DNA of 64,000 nucleotides from the human T2T-CHM13v2.0 reference genome, Homo sapiens, in assembly GCF_009914755.1 (NCBI RefSeq), contig NC_060936.1; one strand, 5' to 3'. Positions 16,519 through 37,259 of this stretch are shown one piece after another; position 1 is the stretch's first letter, and each line of letters begins with the position of its first letter. Position numbers and translations under genes: made by a program. Under the pieces are notes generated by a model. That model made no database searches and was not told the origin of the DNA. It saw only the letters and a program-made list of their open reading frames with translations.

Positions 16519-17546
16519 AACACATGGGTTTATTTCTGCATTCTCTTCTGTTCCTTTTTAAAATATATCTATCCTGTCACTTCTACCCCACTGTAATTTT
16601 ATAGTAAGTCTATAAGTAAGAATATAGCGTAGTATAGTTCTCCAACTTTGTTTTTCTTTTTAAAAATTGTTTTATCTGTTCTTGGTCCTGAGGGTTTTAC
16701 TACAGATTTTAGATAAATGTTCTTTTCATACATTTTGCGTATGTGTGAATATAATGGGGGAAATCACTGAGTTAATGGCAATATGCATTTTAAATTTTAT
16801 AAGATAGCTTTAAATGGCCCCACCAATGTAAACTCTCCAGCGATGTATAAATTTGGGTGCCTATTTCTTTATACCCTCACAAGGCAGAGATAAGGTGAAC
16901 CCCAGGCTCTTCATGATTATGATGACTTCACCCCTGGTTCCATTTTTGAAGGATAATGAGGGGTTTTTACCTAGAAGGAGGTCTTTCATATTCTTCACAC
17001 TGGAACATCTACAATACACATCTTTCCCTTGCTAGTAATGCTCTCACAGGGCAAAGTTTTGGTGATAGTAAAGTCTTTATTTCTATATTAGCACTGAGAA
17101 GGGAAAGGAAGTAAAGAAGAGGGAAGAAAACTGGTGGCACAGAGGAAAGAGCATAAAAATGATGTGGTAAAAGCTAAAGAAGAAGTGGTTTTCAAGGGGG
17201 AGGGAGCACTTACTAGAACAAAATGCCAAAGAGTTGTAAAGTAACATAATGAGAGGAGAGTATTCAATGGAAATGGCAATATGAAGGTCATGTTTATCAT
17301 TCTTCACTGGTGTGGTGGTGACAGGTGAAATTTCAGCAGGCTGATCATACAAGGTAAGGAAATGGAAACAATGAGTTTAGATGGTTTGAAGTCTGGTTAA
17401 GACAGGAAGGAAAGAGATAATATCTAAGTAGAGTCATATGTCGGGTCAATAGATCTTAAAATACAGATAGAAGACAGTAACACATTTTGTAACTTGAGGT
17501 AACAAAATTATGTTGAAAGGGAGAGATTAAAAATGCATGTGGGTGT

Positions 17547-17835
17547 GGCTGGGTACAGTGGTTCATGCCTGTAATCTCAGCACTTTGGGAGGCCGAGGCA
17601 GGCAGATCACTTGAGGCCAGGAGTTTGAGATCAGTCTGGCCAACATGGTGAAACCCCGTCTCTACTAAAAATACAAAAATTAGCTGAGCACGTTAGCACA
17701 TGCCTGTAGTCCCAGCTACTCAGGAGAGTGAGGCACGAGAATCACTTGAACCCAGGAGGTGGAGTTTGCAGTGAGCCGAGATCGTGCGATTGCACTCCAG
17801 CCTGGATGACAGAGTGAGACTTCATCTCAAAAAAA
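17547..17835 (+). mobile_element. AluS
   Basis: Full Alu flanked by aaaa(t)atgcatgtg TSD-like repeats. Confidence 0.9.
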
Positions 17836-19376
17836 ACCCAAAAAATATGCATGTGAGAGAGGATGCTTTATAGACCAAGATTCTTGAGTCAGTGGATGAA
17901 TATGAAGCTGACTGGACAACTGGAAGAAGTAACCTTGGGTAGAAAGAGTGCCCCTTCCCCATGGAAGAAGGAAAGATGGGTGAGGATTCTGATGGGTTTA
18001 TTACAAGTGATAGGGAAGTAAACTGTTATTACCTGGTGAACTTCATTTTCTCAGTGAAATCAAAGACAAGGTCATATACTAAGAAGGAGAGAGGAAATAA
18101 TAGGTTTGGGGGTCTATGGACAGCAGAATTTTTGAATAATCACAAAGGGGAAAGAGAGGCATCTGCCTAGAGACACGACATTGCTGGGCAGCCCTGCGAG
18201 CTTGGGTGAGGCAGGGGGCCGAACATTTTCAGTGATTTCAATCTGTACTATTGCACGGTTTTTGGCAGCAGCCTACATGGGATTTGTCATAATAACAGAG
18301 AAATCAAATAGCAAGAAGGATGGAGGGAGAGGATGTTACAGAATGGTTTCAGGGGAAGAGAAAAGGTGTCAGAAAAGAGAAGTAGCCAGAAGTAGGCAAG
18401 AAACCCAAATAATAGGGTCCCTGAAGTGAGGGACATGTATAGGAAAAGATTTGGGAATAATAGTGTAGGAGATGAAATAAAACACCACAGTGAACATTTT
18501 TGTACATGTATTCTGTTTTCTCATGTTTTGAAAGCATGAGCCAAAAACGTATGCCAAAACAAAAATGTTAATAGATACCACTGGATTACTTTCCAAAAAG
18601 ACTGAAGCAGTTTTACTGCCACTGGCAACAGATGAGGGTACTAGTCCTAGGTCCTTCTCAGCTCCATGTGTTCTCAATGTTTTAAATTCTGGCTAATTAT
18701 TATTATTACTATTTTTGTGGGGGAAGAAGGATGTTATAGCTTTGTCATCATTTGTGCTTTCCACACTATTAGTGGCTTTGAGCATCTTCTCAAGTAAGTT
18801 AGTTATTTGTATTTCCTCTGAGTTACATGTTTATATCCTTTGGCTATTCACTCTATCAGGGTTTTTTTCTTTTTTTCTTTTTTTGTCTTTTTTCTTATCA
18901 ATATGTAGGCACTCTTTGAGGCACATGCCACCTGCTTATTTGTCAGTCATATGTGTTGCAAATATTTTATATTATTTGTTTTCTTAAAACATTATGGAGT
19001 GTTTTTTTCCTTCTATTCATACATTTTAAGTTTTAAAAAAATCGTGTGTGTGTCTGTGTATTTTAGAGACAGGTGCTCACTTTTTTGCCCAGGCTGGAGT
19101 ACCGTGGTGTAATCATGGCTCACTGTAGCCTCGACCTCTTGTGCTCAAGTGATGCTCCTGCCTCAACCTCCTGAGTAGCTGGGACCACAGGTGTGCATCA
19201 CTGTGGCTGGCTTTTTTTTTTTAATTGACAAATAAAAATTGTATATATTACAATGTACAACATGTTGTTTTGAAATATATATATACATTGTGGAATGGGT
19301 AAATAAGCTAATTAACATATGCATTACTTCACATATTTGTGTGTGTGAGGTGAGAACACTTAAAATCTATTTTCTT

Positions 19377-21358
<1,982 letters not shown>

Positions 21359-21401
21359 TTAGCAATTTTCAAGAATACAATACATTGTGTGTGTTTTTTA
21401 A

Positions 21402-21737
<336 letters not shown>

Positions 21738-21959
21738 TAGACCTCTTGAACTTACTCCTCCTCTCCAACTGAAATTTTGTATATTTTGACAAGTATCTCC
21801 CCAATCCCCCCTCCTCATTTTAAGTTTAATAAAGTCAAAACTGTCATTTTTTCCCCCTTATTGTGGATTTTGGTATTCCACCTAGAATTGCCTGCTTGGG
21901 ATTTTACTTGTATTTTCCCAAAATTTTTTTCTAATAAGTCTGTATTTTTAATTAATTAA

Positions 21960-22247
<288 letters not shown>

Positions 22248-22538
22248 CTCTCTTAAGCTGGCTTTAATTATTATTTGGTTTCACATTTTGATCTTTAATT
22301 AATTTTTGCAGTTGTGATAACTAACTTGGAAGAGAGAAGACAGACTGAGTTCTGGGCAAAGTCTTGGATCATTGAGAGGGAAGGAAAAGGTTTGAAGATG
22401 AAAGTGATGAGAACGGGTAGTGGATGGGGTGGGCAGGTGGCACGTGCCTCAAAGAAGCTATTTTTTGGGTATTGTTTTTATTGTGATAAAGTGTACATAA
22501 TATAAAGTTTATCACTTTAACCATTTTCAAGTGTATAA

Positions 22539-22899
<361 letters not shown>

Positions 22900-23289
22900 T
22901 AAAGGAACTATTTTTACATGATAAAAAACAATGGTATGGAGTCAGCAAGGAAAACCACAATAACACAAATGCTGACTTTCCTCTCTTCCACTACTTCTAC
23001 TCTCCTTGCAACTTAGTAGCCTCATTTTGAGAGGACATAATTTTAAGAAACAGTTGGCTTGTAGTTAAGGCAAAGAGGAGTGGGGATGTTCTATGTAAAG
23101 GTTGATAAGATAGGGTAACCTGTTTTCAATGTAACAGGGATTGCAGTGAGCACACCAGATAGCATCTCCCGGCAGGGGGTAGTGAGAGAATGGTCAAATT
23201 GTGGAGGCCTAGCTTGCAATGGCATGAGACTGTGGGCAGAAATTAATTTTAACATTTTAGAATTAATTTTTGTTGGGGATTTCCCTGCA

Positions 23290-24040
23290 GGGCTGCTGCA
23301 CGTGGTGAGGGCTCAACCCCTCAGGCACTCCTGTGAGGCCCCTGGTCACCCAGGGGCACCTTTAGGCTGGGAGGGGCAAAAGCCCTTTGTCTTCAGAGCT
23401 GAAAAACTCAGTCTCTCATTTAGCTTTGAAAACAACAGTTCAGTTCCTCAGAATCAAGATAAATTTTAGGAGAAAAAGCAATAGAGAATTCCCTTTAGAA
23501 TGCATCTCTGAATTAGAATTAGGATCCTTAAACAACAATTTCCTAGGAGAAAACCAGCTCAGAATAAATCAAGGACTGTCAAACAAAGGGAGGTCTGGGG
23601 CTCAGGAGGACTTACCCGTTCCACCGGGGGAGAAGCTTGAACTCAGTGGGACTTCAACGGGCCGCTGCTGGTACCTTAGCTCTGGTTTCGGGCAACTCTT
23701 TCAGGGTCCTGAGTCTTCTCTGAGGCCTCATGTATTTGGGCACCAAAATATTGTCAACAAAAAGAGTCAAACTCTATAAAATATTTGAAGATTTATTCTG
23801 AGCTAAATATGAGTGACCATGGCCCACGACGCAGCCCTCAGGAGGTCCTGGGAACATGTGCCCAAGGTGGTCGGGGCACAGCTTAGTTTTATATATTTCA
23901 GGGAGTCATGACACATCAATCAAACACACTTAAGAAATGCATTGGTTTCGCTCAGAAAGGTGGGACAACTCAAAGCAAGGGCTTCCAGGCTAAAGGTAAA
24001 TTTAAATCTTTTCTGGCTGACAATTGGTTGAGTTTGTCTG
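23290..24040. mobile_element. MER4-family ERV1 LTR plus adjoining internal fragment
   Basis: aaaagagtcaaactctataaaatatttgaagatttattctgagc resembles the MER4A terminus; adjacent ERV-leader-like sequence. Confidence 0.6.
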
Positions 24041-24557
24041 ACCCGTATTAATTTCCTAGTGCTGCCCTGACAAAGTACCATAAACTTGGTGGCTAAAGCC
24101 AGCGGAAATGTATGGTCTGACAGTTCTGGAGGCCCAAAGTCAAAGTGTTGGCAGGGATGGTTCCTTCTGGGGGAGAATCTACTCAGTCCACTAATTTAAA
24201 TACTAATCTCTAGTGGAAACACCTGAACAGACACACGCAGAAGTAATACTTAACCAGATATATGGATATTTCATGGCCCTGTTAAGCTGACACATAAAAT
24301 TAATCATCACAGAAGCTCACCTATGATTAATTGATTTTTTTGAGGGTGCAAAAAGCTACTCAGTGATGAGTATAATAAAATATTAGAAAGAGTGTTTTTG
24401 GTTGACTCAGAATTTTGGCTAAAATCTAAAGCTGAGAACAATAGGTGTTAAGAAATCCTATATTCCAAAGAGAGTTCTTAGCTTACCCTACAGGACTTTC
24501 CAAACTGGTCTAAGGACAATTACCAACAGCCCATATCAGGAAAAGATAGAGACTGAT

Positions 24558-25295
24558 TGAAACCACCTTTGCGAAATTATGACAGTAAGAGAAAACTGAC
24601 ATAGTTGACTCCATTTTGCTTCTAAGCTACAAGATGTCTTCGGTGATTCCTCAGTGTAGGCCAAACTAACTTCAGGAGGCACTTAATTTATACTTTAACC
24701 TTAGAGCAAAGATGATAATAGCCCTCTCCTAAAACTAAACCACCTCTGTAAAACTAATGAAAGGCCACAGGTTAGGATTAGGAATTATGAGAGGGGCCTG
24801 AATTCTGCTAAAATGTAGGCAAAGTGAAACGATAACCAGCCATTGTTCTGGAGGTCACAAGATTTGTAACTTCCCCAATTACTCCTGTAGATGACATCAA
24901 CTGTTATAGAACCCAAGATTGGCCTTTTGAGATTTTTTTCAGACTGTTAACGTTTCTCATGACCAGCTGACTCGGGCCAGACCTGCAACTCATGAGTCAA
25001 TCAGTCCTGTAGCCCTACCCAGAGGCCAATTCAGTGCATGAAGACTATTTTCCACACTCCTATGATTTTACCCCAATCAATCAATATTCCCCATTCTCTA
25101 GCCCTCTGACCACCAACTATCCTTTAAAACCCCCAAAACTTTGAGCCTTCAGGGAGACTGATTTGAGTGATATTTCTGGTTCTACTACATGAGTTAGCCT
25201 CCTGTCAATCAAACTCTTTCTTTACTGCTATGCCGTAGTCTCAGTGAATTGATTTTGCCTGTGCAGAGGGCAGGAAGAAACTGCCGGTGATTACA
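24558..25295 (+). mobile_element. LTR8-like ERV1 solo LTR
   Basis: tgaaaccacctttgcgaaattatgacag start; ...ggtgattaca end. Confidence 0.65.
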
Positions 25296-25342
25296 TGATT
25301 GCAGAGACAAATTCCTTGAAAGAATTTGTGAATCAAAAGATT

Positions 25343-25648
<306 letters not shown>

Positions 25649-26630
25649 GGGATTACTGGGGTATTTCCCCTCCCACCCTGATTCCAAGTGAGAGGGGAAA
25701 CAAGAGGGCACTTTGGGGAAATTGGGCACTGCTTGCTGAAGGCAGACAGAGTCTTACTCCTTGGCTCTATGCTTGCTCAGCTATGGGAGCTTGTAAATTT
25801 GAGACAGCATGGAGAATAAAAAAGTGTTTGGAAGAACCTGACCTATGTCCCTTACTGAAGAGGACAAAGACACTTTTGTGTGACTATTGTTTAGAGAGGC
25901 CCAGTGGTGAGAAGTTAGCAGAAGTTGCTCCTGATGACAGGGTAAGGTGGGGTGGCTTCAAGGCTCAGCTTCACTATTTGGTGAGTGGGTATATGAGCTC
26001 CCCTCATCCCAGAAGTAGCAGATGTGGGTTTGCGTCCTCTACAAAGGGCTTTATCCAAGAGGACTCCCTATCGGTGGGAGATCCTACAAGAAAGAAGCCA
26101 TGTTGGATGCTTCACTAGAAGTTGAGAGCTAAGGTAAAGTCACAGGAGGCCTCCCAGAGAGCATCTCACCTGTATCAGGGAATGATGCAGTGCAGAAATT
26201 CCTCAGGGATGTATCTCTGTGTAGGATCTCCTAAAAATCCATTGAAGAACCCCATGAGAGACAATTGGTATTTGTGTATTGTATCAGTCAGGTTTCAACC
26301 ACAGAAGCAGAACCAGTAGAAGAGATACATACAGTCATGCACAGCATAATGATGTTTCGGTTAACAATAGATCACACATATGCCGTAATTATATCCATAA
26401 GATTATAGCGAAGCTGAAAAATTCCTAGTGACATCCTATCTCTAGGGACATCATAGCTGTCATAACATCACAGCACAACACATTACTCATTACTCACGTG
26501 TTCGTGGTGATGCTGGTGTAAATGAACCTACTTCACTGCCAGTCATGTAAAAACCATAGCACATACGGTTATGTATGATACATAATACCTGATGATAATA
26601 TGTGCCTCTGTTATTGATTTATGTACTTAA

Positions 26631-26940
<310 letters not shown>

Positions 26941-27330
26941 ATTATACTTTTTACTGTTATTTTAGAGTACATTCTTTATACTTATCCATTAAAAAATTTG
27001 TTAATTGTAAAACGGTCTTGGGCAGGCCCTTCAGGAGGTTTTCCAGAACAAGGCATTGTTATCACAGGAGAGGACAGCTTCATGCGTGTTACTGCCCCTG
27101 AAGAACTCCCAGTGGGACAAGATAAGGAAGTAGAACAGTGATATTGATGATCCTGACCCTGTGTAGGCCTTGGCTAATGTATGTTTTTGTGTCTTAGTTT
27201 TTAACAAAGCTATTTAAAAAGTAAAAAAAAAATTAAATAGAAAAAAACTTATAAGGATATAAAGAAAGAAAATATTTTTGTATAGCTGTACAATACATTT
27301 GTGTGGTAAGCTGTGCGTTCATACAAAAAA

Positions 27331-28345
27331 GTGTAGTTTGGAGATTTCTCGAAGAACTTAAGACAGAACTACCTTGGAACCAACCCAAATGTCCATCGAT
27401 GATAGACTGGATAAAGAAAATGTGGCACATATACACCATGGAATACTATACAGCCATAAAAAAGGATGAGTTCATGTCCTTTGCAGGGACATGGATGAAG
27501 CTGGAAACCATCATTCTCAGCAAACCATCACAATAACAGAAAACCAAACACCACATGTTCTCACTCATAAGTGGGAGTCGAACAATGAGAACACATGGAC
27601 ACAGGGAGGGGAACATCACACACCAGGGCCTGTCAGGGGGTAGGGAGCTAGGGGGAGGGATAGCATTAGGAGAAATACCTAATGCAGGTGACGGGTTGAT
27701 GGGTGCAGCAAACAACCATGGCACATGTATACCTATGTAACAAAACTGCACGTTCTGCACGTGTACTCCAGAACTTAAAGTAAAAAAAAAAAAAAAAGAC
27801 AGAACTACCATTCAACTCAGCAATCTCATCACTGAGTATATACCCAAAGGAATATAAATTGTTCTACCAAAAAGGCACATGCACGTGCATGTTCCTTGCA
27901 GCACTATTCACAATGGCAGAGACATGGAATCAACCTAGATGCCCATCAACAGTGGACTGGATAAAGAAAATGTGGTACATCTACACCATGAAATACTACA
28001 CAGCCATAAAAAATAAAATCATATTCTTTGCAGCAACATGGATGGAGCTGGAGGCCATTATCCTAAGTGAACCAATGTAGGAACAGACAACCAAATACCA
28101 CATGTTCTCACTTATAAGTAGGAGGTAAACATTTAGTATGCAGGGAGGCAGAGTGGAACAAAAGACACTGAGGGCTACTTGAGAGTGGAGATTGGGAGAG
28201 AGTGAGGATGGAAAAACTGTCTATTGGGTACTGTGCTCATACCTGGGTAACGAAATCATTTGTACACCCAACCCAGTGACATGCAATTTACCCATGTAAC
28301 AAACCTGCACATGTACCCACTGAACCTAAAATAAAAGTTAACACA
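27331..28345 (+). mobile_element. Older primate L1 3' fragment, interrupted by a younger L1PA
   Basis: ORF2 end and 3' UTR (aacctgcacatgtacccactgaacctaaaataaaag). Confidence 0.8.
27374..27795 (+). mobile_element. 5'-truncated L1PA 3' end
   Basis: L1PA 3' UTR with polyA; 14-bp TSD aagacagaactacc at 27360-27373 and 27796-27809. Confidence 0.9.
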
Positions 28346-28415
28346 AAAAGGAAAAAGTTTATTAAGTAAAAAAATTAGAAGAAGCTAAGGTTAATTTATT
28401 ATTGAAGAAAGAGAT

Positions 28416-29715
28416 TTCACTTCACGGCAGCTGTGGCCTGACTGTGAGGCGGCTGACCAGCCTCAGCTGAGAGTGGAGTGGTGGCCGTGGCCCTCCTTAG
28501 GAGATCACCATATCACCTCTTACTGTGGCCTTACCATGGCGACCTATGGGCAGACCTGCATGTGGCCAGTGTGGATTTCTTCATCATATGTTAACCTTGG
28601 CAAAGCTGCCAGAGATATTTTTAACAAAGGATTTGGTTTGGGGTTGGTAAAACTGGATGTGAGAACAAAGTCACGCAGTGCTGTGGGATTTTCAACATCT
28701 GGTTCATTTAATGCAGACACTGGAAAAGCTTTTGAAGTCTTGGAGACCAAATATAAGCGGTGTGAGTATGGTGTGACTTTCCCAGAAAAATGAGACACTG
28801 TTAATACTCTGGGAACAGAAATCACAATTGGACCACCTTTGTCAAGGTTTGAAACTAATATTTGATACTACCTTCTTAGCAATCACAGGAAACAAAAGTG
28901 GTAAAATCAAGTCCTCTTGCAAGAGGGACTGCATAAACCTTGCTTGTGATGTTAATTTTGATTTTGCTGGACCTGCAATCTATGCTTCAGCTGTCTTTGG
29001 TTACGAGGGCTGGCTTGCTGGGTACCAGATGACCACTGACAGTGCCAAGTCAAAGCTGACAAGGAATAACTGTAGTGGGCTACCGGATGGGGGACTTCGA
29101 GCTTCACACTAATAACAATAATGGGGCAGAATTTGGAGGCTCAGTTTATCAGAGGGTATGTGACAATCTTGATACTTCAGTAAACCTTGCTCGGACATCA
29201 AGTGCCAACTGCACTCATTTTGTCTTGCCACTAAATATCAGTTGCATTTCACTGCTTCTATGTTTGCAAAAGTCAACAACTCTAGTTTAATTGGAGTGGA
29301 AGGAAAGAGACTTCATTTACACTCAGACTCTGAGCCTGCTGTGAAGCTTGCACTTTCTGCTCTGCTAGATAAAAAGTGCATTAATGGAGGAGGCCAAAGA
29401 CTTGGGTTTGTCCTGGAGTTGGAGACTTAATCCAGCTGAAAGAAATGGCAATGGATATCAGAAGATTTGGCTTTAATATACTTTCATTGTGATCAGCAGG
29501 CTCTTCCCACAAAGAAGGTGATCAAAACAAAGGCTCTAAACAAGAGCTATATTTTAAATATTTAAACAGCTACTCGTTAGCTGGTTTCTAGTTGAATTGG
29601 TTATGTATCTAGTTACCAATATGCTGCAACCGTGCAGTCACCTACACATTATTTAAGTATATTTAACTGTTAAATGCACTACCCACCAATCATGAAATAA
29701 ACTTTATGAAAAAAA
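28416..29715 (+). pseudogene. VDAC2P2: VDAC2 processed pseudogene (probably VDAC2P2)
   Basis: Intronless; ATG at 28536 gives MATYGQTC...LGKAARDIFNKGFGLGLVKLDV; premature TGA at 28791; frameshifts; terminal TAA at 29428-29430; AATAAA at ~29696 and A-rich tail. The pseudogene number is recalled, not verified. Confidence 0.92.
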
Positions 29716-30171
29716 TTTTTTAAAATGAATTTACTATAGCTTGAGTATACAGTGTGTATAAAGTCTACAGTAATGTACAATAATGTCCTAGGCTTTCACA
29801 TTCACTCACCACTCACTGACTCACCCAGAGCAACTTCCAGTCCTGCAAACCCCATTCGTGGTAAGAGCCCTATCGAGGTGTACCATTTTTAATGTTTTAT
29901 ACTGTTTTTTGATGGTACCTTTTCTATGTTTAGATACATTTAGATACACAAATATGTGCCATTTTGTTATAATTGCCTACAGTAACATGCAGTCCAGGTT
30001 TGTAGCCTAGGAGCAATTGGCTACACCATATAGGCCAGGTGTGTGGTAGGCTCTTCCATCTAGGTTTGTGTAAATACAATCTATGACCTTTGCACAAAAA
30101 CAAAGTTGCTTAGGGTTACGTTTATCAGAACATATCCCTGTAATTCAGTGATACCTGTGTTAAAAGATGTA

Positions 30172-30445
30172 CTGCAGTGGCTCATGCTTGTAATCCCAGT
30201 GCTTTGGGAGGCCAAGACAGGAGGATTGCTTGAGGCCAGGAGTTTGAGACCAGCCTGGGCAGCACAGTGGGAACCCCCAATCCTTACAAAAAATAAAAAA
30301 TTGGCTGGGTGTGGTGGTGCTTGCCTATAGTCCTACCTATTCAGGAGGCTGAGGCTGGAGACTCGCTTGAGCTCAGGAGTTCAAGATGGCAATAAGCTGT
30401 GATTGTGCCACAGCACTCCAGCCTGGGCAACTGAGCAAGACCCTG
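30172..30445 (+). mobile_element. AluJ
   Basis: Diverged Alu. Confidence 0.85.
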
Positions 30446-33169
30446 CAAGGAATTGGCTCATGGCTAGGCAATTCCAAAATCCATAAGGCAGGCTGCCAGG
30501 AAGGGCAGGCTGGGACTCTCTAGCAGAAGCCAAAGCTGCTGAAGCTGCTGTCTATAGGTAGAAATTCATGTTTATCAGGGAAGCCTTAATTCCACTCTTA
30601 AGACCTTTCAACTGATATTGAATCAATTTCACCTAGATTATCTAGGATACTTTCCCTTACTTAAAATCAACTGGTTACGGACTTTAACGAAATCTACAAA
30701 ATACCTTCAATAAATATCTAGATTAGTGTTGGATTGAGTAACAGGGGACTATTGCCTAGCAAAGTTGACACATGAAAAAACCATCCCAGGTAACTTCCAC
30801 ACAAAATCATGGCCAGAGAACAATAGTACCAGAGCAAGACTTTTCCCTCTTCTTTGAATTCCCCATCTTTGAGGCTGGAGGGCTGCATCACTCCCCCACT
30901 GCTGGTTTGTGAGAGCTGTATGTAGAGGAAAACAAAAATTAGCCGGGCGTGGTGGCAGGCACCTGTAATCCCAGCTACTCGGGAGGCTGAGACAGGAAAA
31001 TCGCTTGATTCTCCACCCAGGAGGTGGAGGCTGCAGTGAGCAGAGATCGTGGGCTGCACTCCAGCCTGGGCAACAAAGTGAGACTCTGTCTCAAAAAAAA
31101 AAAAAAAAATTGAAACAAAAAATGAATTGGTTATAAGAATAACATTTTGATTTAGATTGGATTAAACTTTCTCAGTCAAATGAGACTGTTAGAGTAGCTT
31201 AAATTTATTAGAAGAGCTAAATGATTTGTCTGATAAGTTGTCCAAGGGTATGGAGGCTCTGGTTGGAGAATAAAGCTCTTTCCTGATTGCAATATATGAA
31301 TTCTGTTCATTCAATAAGTTGGTCATATGTATAAAGTAGACGATTGCTAAATATAACATTAGTTATCACCTTCAAAGCTTATCTCTTCGCCTCCGCGTCT
31401 ATTCTCTTTGTCCTCTCTCATTTGTTGTTTTTGATGGCTACTCTATGCTTTTACTGAGAATAGAAGAATGAGAAAACCAGCTTAGATTGCGTATGTGAAA
31501 TACTAGAAAGTGAGATTGTATTTTCCTTCTCTGATGACTTTACAAATAGAATGATTAAAAAGTATTTTTCTCTAATAATTTGTGTACACAGAAACTTAGG
31601 ATTGACAAAACGATCTTATTTGTTCTTGACATATGTATAATTTTATGCTTTTTTAAAAAACTTTTTTTTCTGTTCATGGCCTTTTCCTCTGTTTCTTCTT
31701 CCTCATGACACCACTTTAACAACTGATGTCTTACTACACATTATTCTCATTATCTCATTATAGGATTTAACTGCCCTCTTTCGGTCAATGCCAGTAATTG
31801 CACCATTAATGACAGTTGCTAAAGCAGTCAGTCCAGTGACTTTTCAGAGGGTGCTGAGATTACAGATTCTCTTCCAGGATTCTTTGTTTGTTTAGTAGCC
31901 AATCAAGGGTAAAGTCTCTTCTATTCAATCACTAGAGGAAAAACCATTTTCTCACTACCTTGATTCTAGAAAAATTTGTGCATTCTTTTGATAATACTCA
32001 GACACAAATAGTTCTTTAGTGGCCATTCAATTATTCCCTTTGTTACTGTACATTTCCAAGATAGATTATTTGATTAGCAAAAATGCCTGCGCAATGCATT
32101 CAGGTTATTGCCAGGTATGGACACTACTAGAATGACAGTGAGTAAGAGAGAAAAAAGAAATGATACCTTTCAGTAAGAAGGAAAATGGAACTATCAATAA
32201 TAGAAGGCTAATTAGTAAAGAAAAAGTCAAGAGAAGATAAGACTGAGAAAAACTTCAGATTCTTAATAAAAAGAAGGCACTCAATTATAGGAAAGTAAAC
32301 TTTCTGAAAAGTAGGAGAGAAGTAGGATAGTGGTAAATTTGCTACCATTTTGAAATGGTCCATAATCATGAATATATAATTTCAGTATATGGCACAGACT
32401 CATTACAGAATCACACAGTGCTAAGTTCCTAGGCCTTGTCTGTCCTCGAACAATAGTATATAATTTAACTTCTCTCGCCTCATCTTGACAGATAAATACC
32501 ATGCTATCCATTTTTCTGTTTAAGCGCCTTCTGTGTTGGGCTATCCAAGTCAGGAAATCTTTCCTTAGTATTCTGTAGGACCCATTAGGTTGAAATCAGG
32601 AGGTTTTTCACCATTTGATGGTTTGGATCTATAAGAAGGACACTTTCATATTGTTCAACCCAAATATTTATTGTCCTGTCATGAAATAGCAATGATATAT
32701 TTGGAATGTCAGCTAGCTTTTCTGTCCAGTGCCTCCCTCCCATCTTCATCTCAGATATTAAATTTTACTAAAACTTACTTTTATTTAGAATGTAATTCTT
32801 CTGAATCACTTTCAGACTTTCTGTTTTTATATGTGGTTGTGTGGTCTGTGACATCACAGGACATTTTCTGAAAGGGTGCCTCACTATTGTCTCTGGGGTT
32901 GTTTTCCAAACTATTGAAAACTATTCTGCAGATCTTCATGCTCAAAATGTTTTGATCTTACAAGAACTTATCACTGAAAGATTTCAAACAACAACTAGAA
33001 TTCAGATTCCTTTTTCAACTGCTTATTAAACGGTTCATTGATTGAAACATTGAGAGATTGTAGTTGTTCAATGGGAATGTCAATGGGAAGACAACTAAGT
33101 TTATGCATGAAGAGGGAAAGGCAAGTGAATCACGACCACTGCCCACCTGACAGCAGCTGTGCAAAATGC

Positions 33170-36335
<3,166 letters not shown>

Positions 36336-36571
36336 ATTAATTTATTGTAATATGTGTCCCAATTTCAAGGATCTTAAAATGTAAACAAAGTACAACTTAG
36401 AATTGATGAAATAGAAAAAAAGAAACGCATGCAAATTATATGAATAGGTAATTTGTAGAAAAAGAAATCCCAATGGCTAGTATGAAGAGACGCTTTACTC
36501 CTCTAGTAATCAAAGAAGGAAAAGTTTAAACAATCAAAAAATAAGAATTTTTACTCAAAAAAAGTACAAAC

Positions 36572-36891
<320 letters not shown>

Positions 36892-37259
36892 CTAGATAGT
36901 GGTAAATATTGGCAAGAACACAGGGGAAATGAGACCTCCTTGTATACTACTAGAGGGAGTATAGATTTGTGTAGCATTCTGGTTGAATAGTAAATTTAAG
37001 TTAGTATATATCATTTTATTCAACAATTCTTATCCTGGCTTTATAACCCAGAGTAATTATCACATAGGCTGATAAATTGACATGTATTAGGATATTCAGA
37101 GCATTGCTGTATACAGTAGAAGTATCATAAATATCTGTCACTAAAGGAGTGAATAAAATTTTGGTGGCTGCAAATTATTTTAGTGGAATACTATACAGAA
37201 GTTAGAAGCATGACACAAAACATGCAAATAGCAACACAGAAAGAGGCTGAAAAGTATTG

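Noticed and set aside
28473-29430. VDAC-like ORFs as a functional gene
   Set aside because: Premature stop at 28791 and several frameshifts.
31150-33150. Repeat-poor stretch examined for further A2M-like or lectin-like exons
   Set aside because: No recognisable coding similarity by eye; a translated search and conservation track would be needed.
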